Assembly: GCF_003918875.1 (NCBI RefSeq)
Contig: NW_025765111.1
Coordinates: 62,001-126,000 of the forward strand
DNA: 64,000 nucleotides
From: Haliotis rubra
Lineage: Eukaryota
Reading direction: 5' to 3'
In this document: positions 24,601 through 39,600 of the stretch, piece after piece
Position numbering within the stretch: the first letter of the stretch is position 1
How the letters are laid out: each line of letters begins with the position of its first letter
Position numbers and translations under genes: made by a program
Notes under the pieces: generated by a model
Database searches by the model: none
Told to the model about the DNA's origin: nothing
What the model saw: only the letters and a program-made list of their open reading frames with translations

Positions 24601-27600
24601 CAGTGTTTGTTTGCTCATGTGTACTTTCAATTTACTGTTACAAAAACTACAAGTTATGAATTCATTTTAAAAAGCATTAGTCAATGAATAACATTGTCCT
24701 GCTTTGAATTTATGAAAACAGCTGTTACTTTATTTCATGTATGAACAAAGGAATTATTCAAACGAGTTGAAAATACATTAACGTGTTGAATTGTAAGCAT
24801 TTCCGAGTTCTTGAACATACTCAATACAAAATAGTTTGTTTAAACTGCGTTTTACAATTGTACATGCATCAGACTTACACTGTATGTTGACTTAATGTTA
24901 TTTATCCTTCCTAGTGAACTACATTTAAGCAAACGTCGCTCACTATCGTTACATGATGTGTTGTACACATTCCGTATTCCAACTTTCAAGCTCTACTTTA
25001 AAGTCAACTGGATATACATATCAAATCTCGAATCGTGTACAGCGTTCGAAATGAACGTCGGTGGTTTTCCGCGGGTCCTTATGGCTTTGTTTGCTGGGAA
25101 TTACTGATTCAGCAGCTAAAATATAGGCCTACACATTGTGATCTAGACCCACAACTTGTTATGGTTCTGGGTCCTCAGGGCCAGCAGCGTTTCAGGGTTA
25201 GGCATAGGGGGACCTAGAAAGGGTGTGTGGTGGTGGTTGTGCATGGGTGCGCACCCCCTTTTTGTCCTGAAAATTTATTTAATGACCATTGAAACTCGCG
25301 TGAAAAGGATGTGTGCACCCCCTTTGTACCCCTTTCTTTAAAAGCTGTAAACGTCCCTGTAAGGGCAAACACTGATCTTGTACGTTTAAAAATTTACTTG
25401 TGTTAACCCTTCTTCACCAAATATCAGGACACTTCCGCCAACCATCAAATTTCGTTTTTAACAAAAGTTTAATAGCTCCGCAGGTGAAATGCAAACTACA
25501 AATATTTGGGTATATTATAAAAATTGTAATAACCACATAAATTTAAACTGGAGCAAACTCAATCACAGACGTATGACCTGATGTGTGAACAGCTTATAGA
25601 CACGACAGGGTCAGTGGTGGAGAACACAAGACAACTTTATGGCTACAGAACACTCACGATTTCCTGATGACCTTCTTGACCCCCGGGCACCGATTGTTGC
25701 CACCTTGTCGACCACGCCCTCATCTGCCAGGAGGTTCTGCATGATGTCACTGTGAAGGAAAGATGCAAATAATCGTAATCCATTGTGGGGAGGGAGGATG
25801 AACATATTTTACTGGGGATGGGGGTGGGGTGGGGCTGAACTGTTAAATAGCCCAACCGGTTAAGCCGCTTTTGGCAGTATTCCAGTAACACGAGAGCGTG
25901 TCTGCTTATTGTTGGAAGAAAGCCCGAAGTACAGAAGGTCTGAGCTGTTTACTACTTTGATGAAACCCACGAGCATGCTGTGATTGTGACAGACGAAGGA
26001 ACGTAATCGGGCCCCTGATCATAGGTTCCTGGCCTGACCAACGGGGGTAACTCTGCACAGCGAATAGGCTTAGACAGCTGAGTCACCTAGGTCCCCGCTG
26101 GTTAGAGAGTGGCATAACATTGCTTTATGACAAGTATGACACAATTCTCGACTGAGTGAGTTTAGTTTTACGCCGCACTCAGCAATATTCCCGCTATATG
26201 GCGGCGGTCTGTATGTAATCAAGTCTGGACCAGATAATCTAGTGATAAACAGCATGAGCATCGATCTGCACTACTGGGAACCGATGACATCCGTCAACCA
26301 AGCCCGCGGGCCTGATCACCCGATCCCGTAAGTCGCCTCTTAGGACAAGCATGGGTTAGTGAAGATCAATTCTAACCCGGACCTTCACGGGTGCAGTATT
26401 CTCTAAATAACCACTAAATGTTTTTTTGCTAACATGGATAATTCATCGGTAACAGATTATCTGAACGTCGCATTAGAGTAGACTCTTCGGGAATGGCAGT
26501 ATTACACGGGGGAAGTGTCCAGTTAATTGTTGTTTAGAGAGATGATCATAAGAAAAGAAGACATTTCTTGTAGTTAAATAAAAACTTCTCTCACTGGACG
26601 TCTCTGTTGAGCATTAAGGAACCACATTTACATTGCACATGTCATACAGTAGAACACGACACCCGGTACCCATCCCACAAACACCCGGTACCCACCCCAC
26701 AAACACCCGGTCCGACGTATACAAATGCGGCTAAAAGTTTTCCTTCATGCGACACAGTTACAAATATGCCTGTGTCGCTTTAAGTCACAATATCGAATCG
26801 ATAAATTCGCACAAGATAACACAAACATAAGTTACGACAAGTTACTAATAATTCGATTAAGATAAACACCATAAAAACATTATTTTCCTATCTTCAAAAA
26901 AAATAATAATAGTAATTGATCATCATTTATGAAAATTCCCTCCAGGCAGACAATGTCTCACTTAATTATTCTCCGGCAACAGGTGGTTTCGAACCGACAA
27001 GCGAATGCATAACGCAAATATCGGACTCGTTATCTTTACAATGTAGATGATTTAGACGTTCAGTATGCGTGAACAATGCGATCGAAACACATAACGATTT
27101 ACTTTTGCTGGCTATACAACATCACAACTGACTTTTTTTTGGATATATATGTGAGAAACCCAAAAAGTAAATTGCAAAATTCAAACTCACTCACCTACCA
27201 CATCGTCCTCGATCCTGTTTCTGGGGACACTATGGGGCGAGTTTAATGGATATTACCACGAGGTTACCTGGCTTTCAGAGGAAGCTATACTGAATTTGAA
27301 CACGAACGCGAACATGCCATCATGGGGGTAGTCTAGTGGTTAAAGCGTTCGCTTGTCACGCCGAATTCGAAGACATTCGGTGTGGTTCGATTCCACCCAA
27401 AATGGGTACAATTGTTGTTGGTGAATTGAGAAATTCTGTTGATTTGTTAGAATCACCATTTCTGGTATGTCCAGATTCCGCCGTGATGTTGTTGGAATAT
27501 TGCTAGTGGTTAAAGCGGCGTGAAACTAACTCACCCACCCTTAATGACCACTGATGCTGGAATATTGCTAAAAGCGGCGTGAAAGCCCATATGACCACTA

Positions 27601-30600
27601 TCTAAACTAGAAAGCCCATATTTTTAGATCACATTAATTATGAATACGATGTATGATGTTCATTACATATAAGATGTTGCATGAGCTTTGTATCACCTGC
27701 TTGCAGCCATGATGTTCACGATTATATGTAAAATGTTACATGAGGTTTGCATCACCTGTATGCAACCATGATGCTCACGATTATATGTAAAATGTTGTAT
27801 GAGGTTTGCATCACCTGTATGCAGCCATGATGCTCACGATTATATGTAAAATGTTGTATGAGGTTTGTATCACCTGTTTGCAGCCATGATGCTCACGATT
27901 ACATATAAAATGTTGTATGAGGTTTGCATCACCTGTATGCAGCCATGATGCTCACGATTATATATAAAATGTTGTATGAGGTTTGCATCACCTGTATGCA
28001 GCCATGATGCTCACGATTATATATAAAATGTAGCATGATGTTTGCATCACCTGTATGCAGCCATGATGCTCACGATTATATATAAAATGGTGTATGAGGT
28101 TTGCATCACCTGTATGCAGCCATGATGCTCACGATTACATATAAAATGTTGTATGAGGTTTGCATCACCTGTATGCAGCCATGATGCTCACGATTATATA
28201 TAAAATGTTGTATGATGTTTGCATCACCTGTATGCAGCCATGATGCTCACGATTATATATAAAATGTAGCATGATGTTTGCATCACCTGTATGCAGCCAT
28301 GATGCTCACGATTATATATAAAATGTTGTATGAGGTTTGCATCACCTGTATGCAGCCATGATGCTCACGATTATATATAAAATGTTGTATGAGGTTTGCA
28401 TCACCTGTATGCAGCCATGATGCTCACGATTATATATAAAATGTTGTATGATGTTTGCATCACCTGTATGCAGCCATGATGCTCACGATTATATATAAAA
28501 TGTAGCATGATGTTTGCATCACCTGTATGCAGCCATGATGCTCACGATTATATATAAAATGGTGTATGAGGTTTGCATCACCTGTATGCAGCCATGATGC
28601 TCACGATTATATATAAAATGTTGTATGAGGTTTGCATCACCTGTATGCAGCCATGATGCTCACGATTATATATAAAATGTTGTATGAGGAATGCATCACC
28701 TGTATGCAGCCATGCTGTTCACGATTATATATAAAATGTAGCATGATGTTTGCATCACCTGTATGCAGCCATGATGTTCACAATTATATATAAAATGGTG
28801 TATGAGGTTTGCATCACCTGTATGCAGCCATGATGCTCACGATTATATATAAAATGTTGTATGAGGTTTGCATCACCTGTATGCAGCCATGATGCTCACG
28901 ATTATATTTAAAATGTTGTATGAGGTTTGCATCACCTGTTTGCAGCCATGATGCTCACGATTATATATAAAATGTTGTATGAGGTTTGCATCACCTGTAT
29001 GCAGCCATGATGCTCACGATTATATATAAAATGTTGTATGAGGTTTGCATCACCTGTATGCAGCCATGATGCTCACGATTATATATAAAATGTTGTATGA
29101 GGTTTGCATCATCTGTTTGCAGCCATGGTGCTCACGATTATATAAAAATGTTGTATGAGGTTTGAATCACCTGTATGCAGCCATGATGCTCACGATTATA
29201 TATAAAATGTTGTATGAGGTTTGCGCCTCACCTGTTTGCAGCCATGATGTTCACGATTATATATAAAATGTTGTATGTTGCATCACCTGTATGCAGCCAT
29301 GATGCTCACGATTATATATAAAATGTTGTATGAGGTTTGAATCACCTGTTTGCAGCCATGATGTTCACGGTTATATATAAAATGTAGCATGATGTTTGCA
29401 TCACCTGTATGCAGCCATGATGTTCACGATTATATATAAAATGTTGTATGAGGTTTGCATCACCTGTTTGCAGCCATGATGTTCACGGTTATATATAAAA
29501 TGTTGTATGAGGTTTGCATCACCTGTATGCAGCCATGATGCTCACGGTTATATATAAGATGTTGTATGAGGTTTGCGCCTCACCTGTTTGCAGCCATGAT
29601 GTTGGTGAAGTATGGCGCCAGCATCTTGAACAGAGGATGCGAGATGGACAGATGGCGATGCATGGACAGACCAACACTCTCAGTGAGGAGACAAGCTGTG
29701 CCTGAAAGAAAATACATGATACATTCAATACACCAACGTTCTAGGACATTTTATGTTAGGCCACATACTTCACGGATTCGGGACAGTGACATTTGTTGAA
29801 ATGGAAAACATATCAGATTGTTTTTATCCCAATACGTTGATAGCAAGCAAACAAAACAGTTCTAACCAAAAGCCTACTCGCAATATTAATGTTTACAAAA
29901 CAAAAAGGAAAAAAAAGTTTAAGTATTGAAACGTTGAGCTGCTATTTGTTTGCAACGATTATTTAAACAAACCTTTCTGGTGCTCTTCTGAAATATATAT
30001 ATTTCAAGGTCGATCAAGGTGTTTCGAAACGGGATGTAAATGTTTAAGCAGTGGCACAGGCGAATACACAATTAATGCACTTCTGTTGGTAATCTGTATC
30101 AGTTGTCACTCATTTCCTGTGACATGAAAACTGTTCAGACGTTTTGGTGAGCACGAGACCATAAAGATTTTTGGTAGACGGTGTGTTACTAGAAAAGCCA
30201 TGTTCAGTCTGTTGTGATTGTGGAAACAAATCTGTTTTAGAGGTTTATTATATATTTATTTTTTAAAATATAATAAGACGCATCGATGCACGCCAGTGTC
30301 CCCATTTGATATCCAAGGGTTATATTACTTACAGGAACAGATGTGTTACAAGCTCTCCGCCATGTCTAATTTATCGACGTATAGTTGAGGTGAAAACTAA
30401 ACACAAGTTACTTCCCTAATGACGGGTATCTTACTATACAACAAATATGGCCTTATTTCAGATTTATATTTATTTAACTACCTATCACCAATACTTCAAT
30501 TGTTGAGAAAGACGCTCCCATTTATACAGTTTTTTTGTTATTGAAATGAATGATGGTGTTGGTGCTGATATTACTGTTAATGATGGTGTTAGTGATGGTG

Positions 30601-33600
30601 AAGGTGATGGTGTTGATGAATGGTGATTGGTGTTAACAACGGTAATGGTGCTGGGATTGTTTAACGCTGGTGCTGGAATTGATGACGTGGGATGATGTTA
30701 CTGATGCTACACATGCTGCAGCTGACGTACCGATGTAAGTGACGGCAAGATGGTGGTTGGCCTCGGCGTTGTTGTACCACAGTTTGGCCAGCAGCCAGGT
30801 GTACTGGTCATCGGAAGGCAGGAACACCTGGACAAAGATGCAGGTAATCCGCGTTATCTCAACAGTCTCCAGCCTCCAGACAGAGGTCATAATGATAATA
30901 ACAAACAGTTTGCTACGAGGTGACTGTACATCCCAGAAGCTAATCAATGACCGTGTAATCATACATACCCAAACATCACTCCAATCACAAACTGCCCACT
31001 CAACGCAGGGAATTTATTCAACTTTAAATCAAGGTTACTAGTTCGGGGACCATAGTCGTCCTGTTGAACATAAGTTGAACTGTATCTAAAGACATGGCTT
31101 GTACCTACAGAATGACAGTGTCTACATTCATATGTGTCTTCAGTTGTGTACCTGTATCTATATGAGCTTCCCTATATTTGTGTCTCTCCACAACTCTGTG
31201 TGATTCTGCAGCGTGTAAATACATACAAACTAGTAACTACTGTGTTTTCATGTGCTTCGTCAACTGTGTCTAACATATTTGTACCTACTGATATATTTAT
31301 GAACAAACTGTGTTTACCTTAGTCTACCTTCACGTGTGTATCTACAAAATGTGTCTACAACTGTGTCTACAACTGTGTCCCTGCAAAACTAAATTCCTTT
31401 TTACATGCATAAAGAAACAGATCAGCAAGATGGGGATGTTCATCAAAATCAATGACCCCCCTCCCCAACCCATAGTTTCTAAGCATAATGTTAAACATAT
31501 TTAATGACACACACACACCCAACACACACACACACACCCCACACACACAAACACACCAGATACAGATAAATGTTATATACTCATGCCAATAATGGTTGTC
31601 ACCCCCTACCCACCCCACCCCACCTCACACCCTCTCCAATTAAAAAGATTTAAGGGGGTGACAACCGTTATTGGCATGAGTATATATGAGGAAGTCCAGA
31701 ACCGTAGACATCTCATTTAACTTCAGGTAACATGTGATCATTATTGGTAGTGGAAACAGTTTACCGGGTTATCGTCACTGCGTTCTTGGAACAGCTGGAT
31801 AGCAATGGGCACGAGAGTGTTCCTCTTGTCCAGGTAGAACAGCGCTATTGGGGCACAGATCTAAAACATAAAGAAAGTCACATTAACTCAAAGATATCAG
31901 TTATATCAGTTACGACCGTGAGTCCGGAAACAAACACTTACTTTCCTGTGCAAATTGTGTGATTGCTTCAGGTGAGGCAAGACATGCTTACCCTTTTTCT
32001 TACAACTGATGACATAAATGATTTTTAGTGACCTACTTATTTAATTTCCTGATTAAAATTTGGCTTTTATGCCGAATAGAATCTATTTTGGTGGATAATA
32101 GGGAATGGTTGTTCGCTGGAGTTGACAAACATGATGACCAAATGTTTCTATTATGGCAGATTGTCCAAAAGCGACTGCGGTTGAGAACTTTTACCTGAAT
32201 ATTTAGCTATATATAGTCTGCCATTACACGTAAAGAATCTTAAACAACCCGGACGTGACCGTTTATGACACCGAAAGGGCTAACCATAGTATAGTTTAAT
32301 TAAGCAAGGGAAGCTCAAATGGTCCATATTAACGAGGTTTCTGTTAACAGAGTCTTTACTAGCTTACACATGATGACTAATTATCCATAATTTAAAGACT
32401 TTTCTACAGAGATCCCAGCAAATAAATTGGATTCAGTGTAGTTTGTGACCGTCATATATCCCTACTTTATCATAACAATTCTTTTGAAATGACAGATGTG
32501 GAATATTTGATAACAATAGGAGACCATTGCCAGTTGTGACCAAAACACCATACAAACCGTATGACTAAGCTAAGGACAGCGATGATCAATACAAGCACAA
32601 AGACGGCTGTACCATCTGATAATACATGGATTATGTGGTCAGGAATTTGAAAACTGAGTAGAATGAATAGGTTATGGCGTAATTATAATATGTCGCATCC
32701 GTCAAAAGAATAATAATTATGAAAGCTGGTTGCGAAGGTTAAGTACGTGGGAACTGTGGAGAATGGTCGAGTATGAATTTATGAAACGAAATCATAACAC
32801 CGAGAGTATGGAGTCGGTCATGCATGCATAATACTATTAATGTACGTTCAATGAAGCGTAAATGGTTTATATTAGCATTTAGATTATAGACCAAGCAGTA
32901 TCTTGTTATGACACATTTCGTTCCAAGGTTTCATTGCTGGGATGCTAGACTACCATATCTCCATCAATGTGTTTGTTTGTTAACCTCTGTGTGTGTAACC
33001 TTCAGCTATATACATATGTCCTATCCAGCTGTTGATTACTTGCTTGACAAAAATAACACCATCGATCTGTACTGAACAATATAGCAGTTGAAAATCTACG
33101 AGTCAGCTTAATATGTTTCAATATCCTTTTGGCCAAATAGATGTTAAAATGTTATAACCGATTAAAAGAATATTTATTTAGTTTATATATAAAGAAATAA
33201 ATGTTATTTTCTGTCGTTAAAACGTGTTACCAATATATTTCGTATGATTTCCCCGTTGTCGATGACCACGTGTGTCAAGACGTTGCCGTAATGTCATGTG
33301 TGACAAGTTGACATATGTGTACACATGAATATGTACCTGCCGTAATATTTGAATCAATTGCATACAGGAATGTGGACGGCTAGCGTGAAGCCAGATTAGG
33401 CTGCTACCTGGTTGAAGCCAATGTTGTTGCAATACGTCTTACACCAGGGAACCCGTGAAAATCCGGGTAGAATTGGTCTTCAGCAACCCATGCTTGTCGT
33501 AAGAGGCGACTAACGGGAACGGGTGGTCATGCTCGCTGACTTGACACATGTCATCGTATCCCAATTGCGTAGATCGATGCTTGTGATGTCGGTCGCTGGA

Positions 33601-36600
33601 TTGTCTGGCCCAGACTCGATTATTTACAGACCGCCGCCATATACAGACTCGTGCCAGTTATATTGGGCCACTTGACGTAATTTCCATAGACTATTTCAGT
33701 GAAGCATAAATATTTTTCAGGAAGTGAGTTTAGGATGGATCTTTGTAAAATTTGACAGGCAAATGTGAAATCACGCATAATTTCATTTCACTTTTCAGAC
33801 CACTATTTTACTGATGACATCACAATTAACAACTTAAGTATGGTTCCACAAATGCATAATCCCATTGGCCGCCATGCTAAAAGAGTTCACGGCACTGTAC
33901 ATATGTTGGGTGAATGGTTGCCATTCGATAAATAAGCAACGGAAAATTAAACAGAAAGTATTTGATTGTAGGTAAGGTGATTCCTCACAAATGTGCAAAA
34001 TTTGACTTGGATCTTACGGAAATTAAATTCATGAAAATTATTTATGCTACACTAAACTAACATGTATGTCTGTGGAAATTACGCCAAGTGCCCGAATATA
34101 ACTGGCGAAACAAAGAAACCAAACCCAGCACCAGCGTAGCCTACAAATGCCTATCTAGTTTAGTGGGTAGGTTGGGTTTAACAATAATTGTTACTGCAAC
34201 AGCATTCACATCGTCTAAGGCTTTGACAGTTCCATGTGGACGGAAAGCCCCAAGCGATGCAGATCTTCGAACTTAAGTCATTTGATGAATCTAAATATAT
34301 AGACCACTCTATATATTGATCAGAAACCTTTCATGCAGCCACACTATGATATTGATCCATATTAATAGCTTTGGGAAACGTTTATACCTCTGGTTTTAAT
34401 TACCTGTCACATGTTCGGAGTGAGAGTGAGATGAATAAGTATCAATATTGTTTCAATGTCAACACGACCCGCACATACCGTTACAGCTAACCGTTAACAG
34501 TTCGTGGTGACCAGTATGTGGCAACCCATGCCCACCATTAACAATACTTCCTTGATACCCTGTTTAGTGCCATAACGGTAAAAATTAAAGACTTATCAAC
34601 TATTGACAAATGTCTTTGATCATTTGCAAATTTGACATGAAAATCACAAAACTGAATGAATTATTATAACATTTTTGAATCGTGAATCGACACTTTAAAA
34701 CATATTTGATCAGTGAAAAGGTTGATCTTCTCAGCAATATTGCAGGCATATTGCTAAAACATGGACATGTTGATACAACGACATGTCTGTCAAAAGGATA
34801 GATAGTAACACAGGCCACAAAAACGTGAAGAAAATGCACAAACACAACGGATGAATGAAACGATTGGAAAATTCCTAGATCGATAGATGTAAAAAAAACC
34901 TATAATTTTATATATAGCTATATAACAGAGAATTATACATAGACAGACACGTCTGAATAAAAGCAACAAAAACTTTCCACATTCATACAAGTCTCGATTG
35001 TCTATTGTGAAATTCGCACTATGTAATGAACATGTGTGTATGCATCGCTGTGGAATAGTGATGATACCAGGTGTACGTGCAGTCAGGATGAGAATTGGTT
35101 TGAAGTATAGTCTGTTTGCACTGAAAACGTACCAATGAATGTCAATTAAACAAAAAAGTAACTCGAATAAGATGAAATTAAGATTGCGAATCCTCATAAT
35201 TTTACCTTGCCAACTGACCATTTAAATCTCAGAATTTTATTCTAAATTTTCACTTAATTTCTTAATTTGATTTACATTTTAGTTTAAAGTGAAATTCATC
35301 GGTACGTTTTCACTGCAAACAGACTATAACCTATGTGCGTCTTCAGAGATGATTTAATGGATCAATTGATAAGAAACGGTGATTTGTTCACCGCATGTCA
35401 TAATATGTAATGTTTCATAATATCTATCACAGCAAAGTATAAGTACAACGTATGTTCTTACGGTCAACTCTTCATTGGGAATGACAAGGTCCTTCAGGAT
35501 CTCTAGGTCACAGATGAACAGTTTATTGTTCTTGAGAGCCGTCTTCACCGACTGTCCCTCCAGGAAGGGCTTTATCATACTGTCAGAAACTGCAAATCTG
35601 GGGAAAACAATCATGATAATTAAAATACAGTAATAATAACTGATATCTGGAAACAGAACAAAAACATCCGATAATAGATAGTAACCTGGAGATACGTGAC
35701 ATACGTTCAAGGAAAGCTACAACGGCGTGTTATTTAAACAATCACAATAAAAGTCACCAAATCAACACCACGTATGTAAAACTGTTTTATCTGCACACCC
35801 ATTCCTCTGTCATTAACATCTGGTGTTGATTGTTAGTGTTTAGGCGTTATTTATAAACCTCAATTAACCTACATCCTTGGGACAATTTGACATATATCGA
35901 CTATCGAGGGGTGACTGAAGTTCTGAGCCTATGTGGGACTGCGTTGATGCAGTTTTTGACATGTGTGCTTGGGTGTATAGAATGTCGCCATAGGGTTGTT
36001 ATCCTCCAGAACACAACTGAAGTCCTCCTCATAATAATTACAAGAGTCAGAGACTGATGATGCCGAATCTAGCGAGTACGGATGATGTTGCATGAGTTCA
36101 AAGCCAGAGTCATCTGTTGGAGATACGGATACAACAGACTTCCTCACGGTTGTATCATCCTGTCAGAGCGACACATGCACAGTGGGCGAGTTTTCCATGG
36201 GCTTGATATTCTCAGTTGACTACGCCCATCAGCATAATATAATCATTGGTCGGGTGTTGGGGATACTTGATGACAACAGGGTAACCAGTTTGTCGATTTT
36301 CATCAACTGAGTATACTCAGTCACACCTTAGTGCACATGCAGTCTGAAGGGTGGGAGGCAATATACATAAAACTGCAAATATGCACTACTCATCATTTGT
36401 AGTGAAGCTCAAACTTTTAATTCACCCCTTGTATATGTATCCCAAAGGAAAGGAAAGAATGCTGGTATAATATGATGGGGCCGATAAGAAATTTTAGTGG
36501 ATCTTATACGATCACATTAACAGAGTTAGTGTTTGGTTTAACATCTTTGAACAGTATTTCAGAAATCACGAAGGGCGGTGGAATAGCATTCGCTCTTCAT

Positions 36601-39600
36601 GCTGAAGACTCAGGTACGATTTCCCACATGGGTACTATGTGTGAAGACTATTTCCTGTGTCACCCGTCGTGCTATTGCTGGAATAGTGCTGAATGCGGCG
36701 TAAAACCATACTCACTCACTCATGTATAATCACCATATAGCTGGAATATTGCTGAGTCTGTCGTTACACAACAAACAACCATTCATGAAGACAGCTTGGG
36801 GAGATAGCCACGAGTGTGACTGTATGGTGCTGACCATCTTGGATATATACTCATGGAAACAAATAAGGGAACACATAAAAGTACAAGTGTACCTTATTCT
36901 TTTCTAGGTTTCTTCACAAGGTATGCACTGTGAGTGAACTTCTAGAAATAAATAAAGGAACACATGTACTTTCATGTGTTCACTTATTCGTTTCTATGAG
37001 TATATTATGTCAGCTGGGACCCATTATCATTTTGGCTCATTTCAGACCGAACAGCGAATTGCGGTGCATTAGGCGAATAGGTTCGCCTTATTGGAGAACG
37101 AGGTCACGAGACTTGTGTGTGTCTAGAATATCGATACAGTTCTATTTTCAAAGTGTGGGCATATACACTGGCACAGAACTAGCACAGTTACCCTCACCCT
37201 GGATTCAGTGAATGACAGATATAACACACCGCCACAGGTACTACAACAACACTTACTTTTTAGGGATTTCCGAGCAGAGTTTGATGAGCATCGGGTTGAC
37301 ACCGTTAAGTCGTTGATAACCAAAGCACCAGTCTTCTTGCCAGAACAGTTGACACTGAAGACCATACAGAACAAAGAAAGAATGATTTTATGGATGAATG
37401 GATGGATCATGGAATGAATGAATGGACTTCAGCTTACTGTTGTTGGAATACGATTCATCCATTTCACGATGTGACCTTTTTTTCTGAGGGAATCTCGAAA
37501 CAAGTTGCAGGCTGTTAGTATTTGGTGAACACAGTGGATTGGTTGCTGAGTAAGTGAGTTTACGCCGCACTCAGCAATGTTCCAGCTGTATGGCGGCGGT
37601 CTGTAAATAATCGAGTCTGGACCACACAATCCAGTGATCAACAGCTTGAGCATCGATCTGCGCAATTGGGAACCGATGACATGTGTCAACCAAGTCAGCG
37701 AGCCTGACCACCCGATCCCTTTAGAAGCCTCTCACGACAAGCATGGGTTACTGAAGATCAATTCTAACCCGGATCTTCACGGGTTATTAGACGTTGGTCA
37801 ACACCACGGACAATGGTATGGGAATCAAAATAACCCAGCATCATAACCAGAATGAATCTAAAATTCGGAAAAAGCTTTCCAAGAATTCTGGCACGTTAAC
37901 GGTACAGCCACAGACGATTGAACCAAGTGTGTTTCTGTTAATGAATTGTGTATGTAACATCACATGAAAATATGTGGTATAGCAGCTGTGAAAATACATG
38001 GCACCATAACGGTTGTTTCGAAGCATGATTGATACAAATATTTAAATATGCATCATACGATCGATGTAGGTGAATGTTGCTACTGTTGTCTAGTGTGTTT
38101 GTGTTGCTGTTCCTAGGATATACAACATGCACTAATATGCATATTCTTTTGTCAAAAGCAAAACTAATGTGTATGCTTCTGAGCCTGAACATTTTTTAAA
38201 ACACGTCCTTAAGCTCTAAATGACTCATTTAAAGGCGGAATCAAATTACAAATGGCCTGCGGTGTGGCTGAAAACGTTTTGTAGCAGAATGCCTGAAGTG
38301 AAATGTTGATATATGATCGGCAACAGCGGGTGACGTGACATGATAAACGGGACATATTCCCTCTGTCAACTCCTATATGTGAATAATTCCAGCGACAGTT
38401 CAAAGCAGGACATTCATCAGATATGTTATACTTTCACATTTCGGCTTATAGTTAAACGCAAAATGAATATAATGTTACAACGTGTGTGCTCTCAATTGAT
38501 GTACGTCCTATGGTAAAGACATAATCATTGACAGCGATGGAAGTTAATTTCAAAGCTTTCATACAAATGTTTAGTTATACAACACCCAGGATGATATGTA
38601 TATGTATGGTCCTGCTGAGCTGTGGAAACAGTCGGATCTCGTGTTGTATTATACCAATACTATTACTTCCAGTTCCAGCTCTGAGCAACTAGGGCTGTGT
38701 ACTGGCAAATAAACGTATTGCAAAACATTGCGAATGAGGTACCAGTATTGCGATACGTATTGCGTTATTGGGAGCTACGTGTTTGACAGTGAGTGCCACT
38801 ACTTGTACATGTTGATCCTATTTTCTACATTCTAAGTACCTAAACATATATGTTATGGTTCTCTCAAAATCAGGTTCGATAGTCAGGGATACTATTGTCT
38901 TTTTTATACAATTTAAAGTATTACATGTGTACAATGTGTGAAGCCCATTTCTGGTGTCCCCCGCCGTGATGTTGCTGGAATATTGCTAAAAGCGGCGTAA
39001 AACCAAACTCAGTCAGTCATTCAGTCAGTATAGTATTACAGTATGCCGTTTTGTCATTGAATAATGAAGGAAAACATTGGTTGTATATTAATGTCTGTGT
39101 AGTATTAATTTAAACCATAAAGATAATCACAAAAACTTCATATACGTTTTTACCCAATATACCGGTTCTCAGAATAAATATTGCAATTATTATACGTATC
39201 GTTGAAAAGCGTAGTGCGATATACCGGTATACCGGTAATACCGTGCAGTCCTACGAGCAGCTGTTGGTTACTGCGGACATCCCAAGTGATACAAAACTAT
39301 ATCTGAAAACATCTGTGGCAGCTTTGAATGCAGGAACATATACCAAAACTGATCTATGCAAATATAACTTGTTACACATCCAATAGATATGAACACTAAG
39401 CAATTATTTCCAGTAATCTCCCTTTGTCATGTCATGAACCCTCACAGACTGACATGGAGTAACAAGACGGAGTATCACCTTGGGGATGTAGAATTCCTCA
39501 CTGGCATAAATCCCCCCCCTATATCCTGCAGGCACGTCCACTCGTCCTTCTTCAGCTGCTGCGCCCGTGTCTCCACCAACTCCACCACGCTGCAACGCTG

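Noticed and set aside
23520-25420. Possible large non-autonomous DNA transposon(s) with TTAACCC ends
   Set aside because: I could not pair terminal repeats or target duplications confidently by eye.
27690-29602. CRISPR-like array
   Set aside because: Head-to-tail repeats with no unique spacers, no cas genes, in an animal intron.
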